From Eledone cirrhosa (taxonomy: Eukaryota): a stretch of DNA of 64,000 nucleotides. The notes under the pieces are model-generated. The model worked only from the letters and a program-made list of their open reading frames with translations, did not search any database and had not been told where the DNA came from. Location of the stretch: NCBI GenBank assembly GCA_964016885.1, contig OZ024742.1, positions 294,190,001-294,254,000 on the forward strand, read 5' to 3'. The translations under genes and the position numbers were made by a program. Below are positions 26,890 to 38,420 of this stretch, one piece after another (the first letter of the stretch is position 1; the number at the start of each line of letters is the position of its first letter).

Positions 26890-27320
26890 TGTAGCAAGGG
26901 ATTCCAGCACTAAAGGGAGGGTGGGCAAAGACAAACTAGTAGTGTAATCAGAAGTCAAATAAACGGTAATCAGAAGAAGAGAAGTAGGTGTAAAAGCCAA
27001 ACTCGCTATCTTCAATTCGGTATTCGTGCCAACCCTTACCTATGGTTATGAATCTTGGGTAATGACCGAAAGAATACGATCACGAACACAAGCGGCTGAA
27101 ATGGAGTTCTTCTGAATGGTCTTTGGAGTAATATTACTCGATAGACCACTTAGCTCGGCGATCAGAGAGTCATTCACAGTTCTGATATTACGGGCATGTG
27201 GTTAGAATGTCTCAAGAAAGAATCGCTGGGCAGATTTTACTGGCAAAACCAACTAGCAGGAGACCAGGGGTAGACCCCAAGCAAGTTTGGTTGGTCTCAC
27301 TTGGGGTTCCAGCTGGATCA
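26890..27320 (+). mobile_element. RTE (Expander/Rex3-like) LINE fragment, post-RT region
   Basis: Translates to AKLAIFNSVFVPTLTYGYESWVMTERIRSRTQAAEMEF* and HVVRMSQERI...RRPG, with stops and frameshifts. Confidence 0.8.
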
Positions 27321-28949
27321 GTCGGAGACATTTTAAATATCAAAATATTAATCTTACAACTTCAAAAATATATTCTCCACTCGTGAGAATTTGAACACCA
27401 TGCCATCTAAACATATTGTGTTGATAAGCTGCCTTGGTTTATACATGGGCTTAGGATTTTTGCCCATTTCTCAGACATAAAACAGGGGGTTGGCATATAT
27501 TAGGAGCGGCTTATGTTTGAATATATACAGTGTATCGCAATTTTAACAGATGAAATGTTTTATATCTTATGGTCATTAAACATTGAATTTTACATACTCT
27601 TCGGTAATTTTTCCAGGTTGTTAGCGTTGATTTATTTAAAAACCAGAATTAGTCATTTAGTTTACGTATTGAGACCCCAATCCAAACAGTCCTATTTATT
27701 TTATGTCATGTGGGATTTTTAGTAATGTACTTTTTTTGTCATGTATAAAGAAAATTAATTGTCGTGCGAATGCTACCACTTAAAATAAAATTTTGCTAGA
27801 GATAGATTAGTAAAAATTTAATAAGTGGGTTAGGGTTTGGAACCATCCGAAAAATTAATAAGCGAGAGGTGGGATGAAGGACTATTATTCGAGACCCAAG
27901 AGTATTTCATTATCATGTGCAGGACTGATGCCTGAGTATTTAACACCAATGTGTGCTCCCTTCTACCAAATATAATAATTTTAACTTTACAGTTTGGTAA
28001 ACTGACAAACCTAGTTCTCGGTATATCTTGCTCTAAAAAAGAAAAAAATCACTCAGCCTGATTTTCTACTACACAGTTCACACACACCTATGCCAAATCA
28101 TGTGACATGTCATAATACCATACGACTCTCTCTTCGCCACTGAGTATTTCCGCAATGTTGCCTGGACAGCAAAGATGTTCAGTGATTTATTTATTGATTG
28201 TAAGAAATTGTTAAATATTCAATTATATAAATTTGTATAAAACTGTGTCTCTCTGATGTCTGCGCCCTAGGCGACTTCCTTGTTGGCTTTATTAATAGCG
28301 ACAGCCCTGTCGGTAAATAGGTAAAACAACTAAACCAATGTTTTTTTAAATTACGAGTCCCGACGCATTAGTGAGTCGCAAAATAAATAAAGTGAGTTGC
28401 AATATGAAGAAAGATTTTTACAAAAATAAGAAAAAGAAAACATGTAAAAATTGGGTCACATTTACATATTCAAAGACTTGGAACAAACTATCTTTTAGCA
28501 ACTTAAGCCAAGATAATGTTGGATCTAATTATGTAACTGACTATGCCACTGCAGCTATACATCGCTATCAGAATGCCGAATGTTTACAAACAGGGCATTC
28601 TTCTCCCATTTTAGCATGCTTACTGTTCAAATTACCACACTAGCTTTATTTTCTTGTAACAGTGCCAAATAATATATTTAGACGTAAACAGTGACGTCAA
28701 ACCGGTTTACATGTAGCTCACCTACCTACATTTCATGAAATCTTTTACAACCTGTTAATAATAAATATATAGGTGAAACACTACCGTTTGTTGATTCTTT
28801 CTTTGTTTTTCTTGATATCTAGAATGATAACCAAGATCTGGTAATCCCATACAACAGAGCCGGAAATAGCTGGCATTAACTGAAGAGACATAGGGTAGTA
28901 TTTATTGGGGGTCTGCGATTAAATTCCCACTGGACAAAAAAAAAAAAAG

Positions 28950-30345
28950 TGAAAGAAGTAAATCTGGCTTGTGGGATCGATCACCTGATTGGTAGGTGAT
29001 CAGGTGGTTTGCCCCTTTTCTGAAGTTAATATTGCATCAAGAGACTGTTCACAGAGTCTTTCCCCTCCATCGAGGTTCTTCCCCCATCGGCGTGGTGCTC
29101 TCTTGGGGCCCCAGTTACTGACCATGTCTTCGAGTTCATCTTTCAATCTAAGTTGGCTAACCTCAAGTAACTTTTTTAAAAAAATCGAAGTCATTGAGCC
29201 TCACCAAGGTTTTTTCATTCTCCGGAATTATCTGTCAAATCCTAAGTTGTATTTCCTTAGAGTTACTCCCTCTTACAAATTATCGCCGTCTCTCTAACGC
29301 TTCGACGATCTAATATTCAGTGAGCTCGAGGGTTTGGTCAATGTCCGAGTCCCTGCGACCAAGCTGCCTTACCCAAACGGTTTGGAGGTCTCGGTTTGCG
29401 TAAGTATACTTCGTTGTCCCTACCTTGCTTTCTTTCCTCCATCCACGTCTACTCCTCTTCGGTAGGTGACATCCTCCTCTTCCCAACTTGGACTGGTCCA
29501 TCAGGGAGTTGGATGAAGCTTTATTAGTGGAGAGAGCTGAGTTTGTCAGTCTCAGTTATTGATGAGGATAAACGGAAGCAGAGAGTATGAGACAATCTGA
29601 GTTCTAGGGAAACTTTCAACTCTCTCTTTGATCTTTCCGGTAAATTTTCTAGGCGCCACTTACTTTCTGCTAGATCAAAGTTCTCGGGGGGGGGGGGGGG
29701 GGCTGGATTGATGCCCTGCCTGTGGCCAGCATTGGTGGCCTTCTCAGTCAGGACGAACTCCGCATCTCCATTGCAATTCGTTTGGGAGCCGACGTCTGTT
29801 GGAGTCTGAGATGCCGCTGTGGTAGGTCCCTCGACTCCACAGGTTTACATGGTTTGTCCTGCCGCCTGAATGCTGGTCGTTTTGCCCGTCACACCGAGCT
29901 AAACCTGATCATCAAACGGGCCTTGGCTCGGGTAATATCCCCACAGTTCTGGAGCCGGCTGGTTTATCCAGAGAGTGATGGGAAGAGACCAAACGAACTT
30001 ACCCTTTGTCCCCGAGTGAGAAGTAGGTGTCTCATCTGGGACGTCACAGTCAGTGACTCTTTTGCTCCCTCCCACATCATGGACGCCGTGGTGAATGTGG
30101 GGGTCACTGCTTCCGCTGCCGAACGGAATAAAATTCGGAAATACCAGGACTTATCAAACAATCATTTTTTCCAGCCTGTGGAGTTGGGCCACTGACAGCG
30201 AAGTTCTTGTCTTCACTGGCGGCTCGCGTTACTTGAGGTGTCAGGTAATTTCAGCGCCTTAGCCTCGCTATCACCCGTGGTAATGCTGCGAGCGTGTTGG
30301 CTTGTCTGAAAGTGTGCAGTTAACTCCCAAGGTGTGAGGTGCGGT
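28950..30345 (+). mobile_element. Degenerate CRE-like (restriction-like endonuclease) non-LTR retrotransposon
   Basis: ORF 29722-30195 has WIDALP..LRISIAIRLG, a CRC..HGLSC zinc knuckle, RH..LN, DGKRP(N/D)..WDVT and AAE..K.RKY motifs. Upstream is the remnant FFILRNYLSNPKL.FLR.TP. Confidence 0.8.
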
Positions 30346-31399
30346 CGATTATCACACTTGGTGGTGAATTGCCCCCCACCCTTTTTTTCATTCTTTTTTC
30401 TTTCCTTTATCATTGTTGTTCGTGAATTTATATTATTGTGTTATTATACATGGTTTAGACATATATGTCCTTCTGAACGAATTGCGAGCAATTTATAATG
30501 TCATTTACGCATTTGTTATGTTATTTATGTATATATTTAAAACATATTTGCAACATTATTCTACTGTAAATTTATACAACTTAAATAAAAATTTTATATT
30601 TGTTTATACTGCAAATAGTTCATTTGCATCACACAATTCTAGGGATCTTGCTCCTTCATCATTTCTCGAGCCATAAACATAGCCACCCTGTACTCCAGTG
30701 TAGCCATTCTGGTGCTGACCAACGCATCCATTGAAATCGCCTGTTAGGATAATGAGGTCTGTGTCATAAGTAACTGAAGTTGTCTGTAAGAGTTCCTCAT
30801 AGAAAATCTTTTTGTTATTTACTTAGTCCTGTTTGTGGTGCATAGGTAGAGATAATTGTTATAATTGTATTGCCTATGACTACGTATTACGAGCTTGATA
30901 ATTCTGTCACTCTTTAATTACTTGATGTATCCACTTCTCAGCTAGTGGAATGCCTACTTGTTGTGCACCTGAGCATTGTACACAATAATTCATTTCATCT
31001 CATTATTATTATTATTCTCCACCAACCCCATCGTCATTAGCACATGAAATGAATCCTGTTCAGATTAGATAATTTCATTTTCTTCAAAGGTTATCTATTG
31101 TAAATGATACACGAAGACAGTTATTCCTTTCATTAATATATTAATCATACACCCTGTGATTGTTAGTGACGCTTTCAGCCTTCTTTCTTCAGCCTTTTTT
31201 TTCTCAATATATAAATATCTCATGCCAAACCTGCACTAACATCAGGAACAGAAGCATGGAAAACATTTTCCAATGAAGTCATGCCAGTATCGTCTCAAGA
31301 ACAAAAAAAACACAAAACAAAAAACAACAACAAAACAATGCTCATCTCAAGAAAATGTCATTGCACCTCACTCTCTTTAAGCATAAAAAACACGTAACT

Positions 31400-32150
31400 A
31401 CAGCCCTCACGATCGCTCCAAATGCTTGGCCTCACAATCACTGAGGATCTCTCATAGATAACACACATCCCTAACATAAGTAGGACCACATCCCAACGAT
31501 TGCCTATCAAAAGATAGGCCAGGAAATACATAAAAACCCAACTGCTAATGGCCCTCTATAAAGTTTTGGTGAGACATAGATTGTAGTTACTGTTCCCATA
31601 TCTGGGGTAGTGCTGCTGTTGCTCACACAGACGTTCTCCCCAAAGGCCACTCGGTTAATCGCCATAATGTATTTCTCTAACACTCCAATTTCTGGTTCAT
31701 AAATCTACTTCCTCCTCTTTCTGTCACTTCTATTGTTACTACAATGGCTTCTGCTCCTTGGAGCTTATTGAAGAGTCATGTTACCTCTACTCAGGCACTC
31801 CCATTTTATTTGTCTTTCCTCTCATCACTAATGCTGTGTCCAATCCTCCATGACCCCCTCCCCCCACTAACCACTACGTCCAGTCTTTCCTGTCCTTTTC
31901 AGCCCCCTGAAACTCACCTCTTCTCCTCTCATTACCTATGTTGTGTCCACCGCCCTCCATTCTCCACATTAGCCACTATGCCCAGAACATCGACCATCTG
32001 GAACTCTCTCCTTCCTCATGCCTTTCTGAAAAGTGTGAACCTACAACAATTTAAACGTAACATCAACAGCATCGATCTTTCCTGTCTCAGAAGTCTGTGA
32101 AGGCCATGGGTACTGTCCTTTCATCCAGATCAACTAAGTAAAAAAATAAT
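31400..32150 (+). mobile_element. CR1/Jockey-group LINE 3' fragment
   Basis: Remnants LGLTITEDLS, ALYK..VR..(Y)CSHIWGS and PRTSTIWNSL...NLQQFKRNIN, followed by an A-rich tail. Confidence 0.7.
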
Positions 32151-32243
32151 CAATGAAAAAATTTCACTTCTATTTTATTAGGGTTTTCGCTTAACTTTCA
32201 TCTTATTAGTTTTATTTTAATTTATCATTTTTTTTTTCAGTTT

Positions 32244-32664
32244 TATTCTCGGATCCCAAATAATGGGGTGGGTGTGGTGGGGTTGGAATAAGCGGGGTAG
32301 GGTGGGGTGGAAAATCGGTAATTTTTCTAATTTATCTCCGTTGATTTTTTGTAAAAACCAGAACTAGTCGTTTAGTTTACATATTGAGACCTCCAACCCA
32401 TCTTATTTACTTTATAATGTATGAGATTTCTTGTGATGTTCTTTTTTTTCTCATGTATTTGTTTTTTTAATGTCTAAAGAAAATTAGTTGTCGCAGGAAT
32501 GCTATCACTTAAAATAAAATTTCGCCGAAGATAGATTAACAAAGTTTAATAAGCGGAAGGTGGGGGTGGGAAAAGAGTGGGGTATGTGTGAAAAAAATCT
32601 GAAAAATTAATAAGCTTGGTGAAGAGGGGGGGGGGGGGGGGGCATTATTCGAGACCTGAGAGTA
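32244..32664. mobile_element. MITE with ~20-bp TIRs and TA ends; second diverged copy ending at 27904
   Basis: TAttctcggatcccaaataat ... attattcgagacctgagagTA. The internal sequence is similar to ~27600-27904. Confidence 0.65.
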
Positions 32665-32990
32665 CTTTAACTTTAATTTACATTAATTTTATTGTCGGGT
32701 TTTTCCCGTTTCTTTATTTCCCTTATCGTCAGGTTTTTCCGTTTCATATACTCAGCCCCGCACCCCCGCTCGTTTCACTTTCATTTACTTTTACTTTCAT
32801 TTTATTGTCAGGTTTTTCCATTTCAGTTTGGTTCACTTTCATTTTATTCTCCTTTCCGGAGTTTCACTATGTGGTACTTTGGTCAAGTGTCTTCTATTGT
32901 ACTCTCCGAGTGACTAATGCCTTGTGAGTGAGATTTGGGAAACAAAAACTACAGAAGTCCGCAATACATACATACATACATACATACATA

Positions 32991-33548
32991 TGGGGCACTG
33001 GGGTATGTTAGTAACTGCCTCAATACAAATCTTGAGAAGCTAGGTTTCACAGGAACAGAAAGAACACAACTAGTTAGGAAATTACAAGTACAATCCATTA
33101 ATGGAACAGTAAAATTATGTAAAACATTCCAAAAATTTTGCATCTAATAACTGCATATACACATGTACAGATACAACTCAAAACATACACATACACACAT
33201 ACAATAACTGTTTCTACGTTAGGCACAAGGCCAGCAATTACCCAGTACATTACTGGTACTTTATTTTATCGACCCCGTAAGGATGAAAGGCAAAGTTAAC
33301 CTCGGCAGGATTTGAACTCAGATCGTAAAGGGACGTAACTCTATGCTTCAAAGCATGGTGTCCGACTCTCTACCGATACTGCCAATCCACCGCCCTACAC
33401 ACATACAATAACATCCATATCTACACATACATGCATACATATCTACCTAGTTGATGTGTAAATTCCAATGAGAGAGTCTTGTGTCTATGTTAGAAACCGA
33501 CTCTCTCTCTATTGGGAAAAAATTTGTGAAATTATAAAACCAGAAGAA
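32991..33548 (+). mobile_element. 5'-truncated R4/Dong-like non-LTR retrotransposon inside a (TACA)n tract
   Basis: C-terminal GALGYV...NLEKLG...LQVQSINGTVKLCKTF motif of R4/Dong/NeSL-type ORFs, followed by a 3' UTR. (CATA)n lies on both sides. Confidence 0.7.
33209..33395 (-). mobile_element. tRNA-derived SINE nested in the R4/Dong fragment
   Basis: 17-bp TSD TACACACATACAATAAC at 33192-33208 and 33396-33412. Same family as 835-1004. Confidence 0.9.
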
Positions 33549-33612
33549 CATACATACATACATACATACATACATACATACATACATACATACATACATA
33601 CATACATACATA

Positions 33613-34228
33613 CATGGTGGCTGCCAACTCGTTTTCGAGTACGGCCACTACTTTATATCCATATAGGAGAACCCCTACCGATGCGCTGAACGAGTGTGAC
33701 TTTTTAGTCCAGCCAGCGACTTGAAAACTCTGGTACAAACACTACACTTGTGACAATCATTGACACATTGTGCTGGGCCCATGGTACCATGTGATGACAA
33801 GTGCAGAGAGATCTTCAGATACAATATAAAGCAATGCCTGTGCCGTGAAGCTTTTATAGTGAGCAAAGGCACTGCACAAAGCCAGTCCCACTCTCTTAAC
33901 CAAGATGATATTTACCAAAAAGAAGAACAAGTCAACATCATTGGATAACATCAGGGTTGCAGGTGTTATATAAGAGTTTTCCTTCTCCTAGAATTCTGCC
34001 TTGACAAAGGCTAAGGGGTCATCTCTCCCGGTGATTTTGGATGGCCATTGACTCTTAAGAGCTTCTTTGCTCTTTGACAGGTTTTGTTTTTAGTCCTGCA
34101 GGATGTCCAAAGTCACCCTCCTCACCAAGAAACCTTGGTGGGGTTGCCAGTTTAGTCGCCAACGACCCGACCATGGGACAGGTTGTACTGAAATACATGT
34201 TACCAGTAGCACCAACTGGTGACCTGAC
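33613..34228 (-). mobile_element. Non-autonomous bipartite RTE derivative (5' UTR joined to a zinc-finger 3' end), ~615 bp
   Basis: The 5' part has the RTE-UTR-like TAGGAGAAGGAAAACTC. The 3' part encodes [22 protein letters not shown]. It is flanked by (TACA)n. Confidence 0.7.
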
Positions 34229-34261
34229 ATAAATACATACATACATACATACATACATACA

Positions 34262-34321
34262 TGATGGCTACCCCCTCGTTATCGAGGATGGCCATTGAAC
34301 GAGAAAAAAAAATATATATAT

Positions 34322-34404
<83 letters not shown>

Positions 34405-35678
34405 CAGATATATATACATACACATATATTAATAACAACAATAATAATAATAACAACAATAATAATAACGACAACAACAACAATAATAATATACATATAT
34501 ATATATACACACACACGCGCACACATAAACATATCTATACACACACTCACACGATAGCAACTAACAGCGCTGCGATCCAATGTGGCTTTTTAGCCCAGCC
34601 AATGATCTAAAATGTCTTGCACAGAGTCGGCAACCAAAACATTCACTGGGAATAGTCGGCTGTGGTTGGAGTTCATGTACTTTTGCATGTCGTTTGAGCC
34701 CTCCTGCTGATTTACATTCTCTACCACATGCTTGGCAAGCATGATGAGTAGCATCTCCAACAGCAGCCTGGTGGTCAACCACTGGTCTTACTTTATGACT
34801 GCGAAGATGACTTTCGACTCCAGCTTTGCTTAGGCAGAGTCTCGCACAGACGCTGCATGTCAGCACCATAGGAGGACCCTCGCCGTCTGGAAGTGCAACA
34901 GCAATGCCCTTCCTCACATCCCGCTTTACTTTCTCGTATGCGATTCGAGATGCCTCAAAGCAACTTTTCCCTCATATACAGTCTTTCTCCATTTATTACG
35001 ATCAGCAGCAATATTTTCCCGTATATCAGCAGAGATGTTAGCGTCTTTCAAAGAGGCTTTCAATGAATCCTTATACCTCTTTTTGGGTTTATGTGGCGGT
35101 TGTTTTCCTTTAACTAACTCTCCATAAAAGAGTTGTTTTGGTATTCTAGAATCCTTCATCCTGGCAAGGTGACCACTCCAACGGAGTCTTTGCTTAAGCA
35201 CAAGAGCTTCTATACTGTCACACAGAGCTTTCCAAAATCTCGACATCACTGATGTGGTCCCTCCAGTGAACGCCATGGATCAGTCTGAGACACATCTGAT
35301 GGAAACGCTCCAATTGCTTAAGGTGGTGTCGATATGTGACCCAGGTCTCGCAGGCATAAAGAAGACAAGAGAGCACACATGCCTTGTCCACTTTACCTTT
35401 GTCCTCTTGCATATGTCTCGCCGACCCCAGAGTCGCCTTTCTAGCTTTCCTAAAGCATCACTTGCTTTCCTAATCCTAAGTGAGATTTCACTATCAAGGT
35501 TGCTGTATCGATTGACAGTGCTTCCCAGGTAGACAAACTGATCAACCACTCCAAGTCGTTTACCATACACATAGATATTTGGTTCAGTGTACTGCTTACC
35601 AGGGGCAGGTTGGTACATAACGAGGGTTTTTTTGAGGCTGACAGTCAATCTTAGGGCAGTGCAAGCGTCAGAAAATGC
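34262..35678 (-). mobile_element. 5'-truncated RTE/BovB-like LINE
   Basis: Motifs FVYLGS, LLYACETW, LRWSGHLARMKDSRIPKQLFYGEL and three C2H2 fingers, with frameshifts. Microsatellites occupy the 3' UTR. Confidence 0.9.
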
Positions 35679-35713
35679 ATACATACATACATACATACAT
35701 ACATACATACATA

Positions 35714-36427
35714 CATGGTGACTGCCAACTCGTTTTCGAGTACGGCCACTACTTTATATCCATGTAGGAGAACCCCTACCGATGCGCTGAACGAGTGTGA
35801 CTTTTTAGTCCAGCCAGCGACTTGAAAACTCTGGTACAAACACTACACTTGTGACAATTATTGACACATAGTGCTGGGCCCATGGTACCATGTGACGACA
35901 AGTGCAGAGAGATCTCCAGATATAAAGCAATGCCTGTGCCGTGAAGCTTTTATAGTGAGCAAAGGCACTGCACAAAGCCAGTCCCACTCTCTTAATCAAG
36001 ATGATATTTACCAAAAAGAAGAACAAGTCAACATCATTGGATACCATCAGGGTTGCAGGTGTTATATCAGAGTTTTCCTTCTCCTAGAATTCTGCCTTGA
36101 CAAAGGCTAAGGAGCTCTTAAGAGTCAATGGCCATCCAAAATCACCGGGAGAGATGACCCCTTAGGCTTTGTGCAGTGCCTTTGCTCACTATAAAAGCTT
36201 CACGGCACAGGCATTGCTTTATATCTGGAGATCTCTCTGCACTTGTCATCACAGGGTACAATGGGCCCAGCACTATGTGTCAATAACTGTCACAAGTGTA
36301 ATGTTTGTACCAGAGTTTTCAAGTCGCTGGCTGGACTAAAAAGTCACACTCGTTCAGCGCATCGGTAGGGGTTCTCCTACATATAAAGTAGTGGCCGTAC
36401 TCGAAAACGAGTTGGCAGCCACCATGT
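35714..36427. mobile_element. Two head-to-head copies of the bipartite RTE derivative (35714-36112 minus; 36113-36427 plus)
   Basis: Both are near-identical to parts of 33613-34045. Each carries a TACA/TATG tail at its outer end. Confidence 0.85.
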
Positions 36428-36621
36428 ATGTATGTACAGCGCATCGGTAGGGGTTCTCCTACATTGATATAAAGTAGTGGCCGTACTCGAAAAGGAGTTG
36501 GCAGCCACCATGTATGTGCGTACACACACAAAGGGCGGAAGAACTCATAAGAGTCAACGGCCATCCAAAAGTGTGTAAATATGTATATGTGTATATGCAT
36601 GGGTGCATGTGTATGTATATG

Positions 36622-36975
36622 CGCGGGGACATAGAAATAGTCGGGCTGAACACCCGATCATGCGGTTAAACCACTGGGAGTGAAGGACACCTAGCCTTTG
36701 TCAGGGCATTCTTCTAGGAGAAGGCAACTCGGGAAACTGGGATAACTCCGATATAAAACCTGCGGCTCAGTAGTTACCGATGATGTTGATCTTTTCTTCT
36801 TTTCGGGTTATAGCTATTGTCGCTCAAAGAGTGGGATTGGCTCAGTGCACAGTCTTTCCTCACTTTAAAAAAATATCTTCACGCACTGGCATTGCACAAT
36901 AGAATTAATTAATAATTATTAATAATGGTATATCGTGCAATTTCCCTACTCGATAACGAGGGGGCAGCCATCATG
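36622..36975 (+). mobile_element. Related non-autonomous RTE derivative
   Basis: The UTR segment CCTAGCCTTTGTCAGGGCATTCTTCTAGGAGAAGGCAACTC is present. The 3' end CTCGATAACGAGGGGGCAGCCATCAT matches the LINE end at 34261-34286. Confidence 0.65.
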
Positions 36976-38214
36976 GACGCACGTACGTGTGTGTATGTGT
37001 TCGTGTATGTTTACGTTTGTATCTTTGTTTATGTCATGTCATCTAGCGGTTCAACAAGAAGAGATCGATAGAATAAGTACCAGACTAAAAAAAAAAAATA
37101 AGTATTGTGTCTGTGCAATCAACTAAATTGCTGTAAGACTGGCTGCAGTCTATTGACTGAAATCATGCAGCTAATAAAGGAGTAAAATGCTACATGAGTA
37201 GGCACTCCGTCAGCTACGATGACGAGTATTTCTGTTGATAACATCAACGGAATAGCCTGCGCATTAAATTAACGGGCAAGTGGCTAAGCATTCCACAAAC
37301 ACGTGTACCTTTAACATAATTCTCAGGGAGATTCAGCGTGACACAGAATGTGATAAAGCTGGCCCTTCGATTTACAGGTACAACTCATTTTTGCCAGTTG
37401 AGTGAACTGAAGCAACGTGAAGAATATATCAATATATCAATGTCTTGTTCAAGGACACAGCGTGCAGCCGGGAATCGAACTCACGACCTTACGATTGTGA
37501 GCCAAATACCCTAGCCATAAAACCACGTACCTTCACACACACAAAATGCTACATAGTATTAATTATTTACTACTTCTCTTTCCTTCCCTATTGGAAACAT
37601 ATCCATCTGTAAGTTGCCAAAAGACTCCATTTCTTTAATTAGCAAATAGAAGAGAGAACAAAGCAACTAAGCTTGGCTAATATTGTGCTCACCATTTACA
37701 AGCTTCTTATTACTTTCTCATTGTGTAAATCTGTGAATGAAAAGATTTGTTATAAGAGTGTCGCATAGACTAATTCCCCACTCTATAATTTGTTTCTCAT
37801 TATACAGCCTTTTAAAAACTCTTTTGTCGTATCTCTAATGCAATACACTCTGTTTCAGTTAATTAATGACGAATTTTGAGGGATTTACTAAAATTATTAA
37901 TCATTTCATAACTAAGACACTAACTTAACATATAGTTCTATATAAAATTATTTTGGAAGATGTTTATTTAAATAAAACCTTTTTAAAATGGGTGGTTTGG
38001 TTTTATAAAACCAAAGCCAATTTTGGCCATGTGGGTATCAAAAGGGTTAAAGAAATGTTACAACATTGGCTGAAGGGTTATTTTTTTTTTCTTTTCTATT
38101 GTAACAAAACCACATGACTGAGTAAGTGACATTGTGGCTGGACTATATTTTCAATGTCTGAAAAAATCTTCTTTGAAAAGACAAGCTTGTTGAAACTTGA
38201 GTTGACATTGATGA

Positions 38215-38420
38215 ATCATTATCATCATCATCATCATCAGCCTCAACACCATCATTGTCACCACCACCACAACCATCATCACTACCGCCACCGCCATCAC
38301 TGCCACCACCACCACCACCACCAACGCCATCACCACTACCACCACAGTCGTCGTCACCACCACCAACGCCATCACAACTACCACCAAAGCCATCACCACT
38401 ACCACCACCGCCGCCGCCGA
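38215..38420. repeat. Imperfect (CAT/CAC)n trinucleotide tract
   Basis: Visible directly in the sequence; it produces spurious His-, Pro- and Val-rich ORFs. Confidence 0.9.

Noticed and set aside
34200-34580. YI-repeat and poly-L/I ORFs (also at 42428, 45855 and 51647)
   Set aside because: These are (TA)n and (TAA)n microsatellite artefacts.
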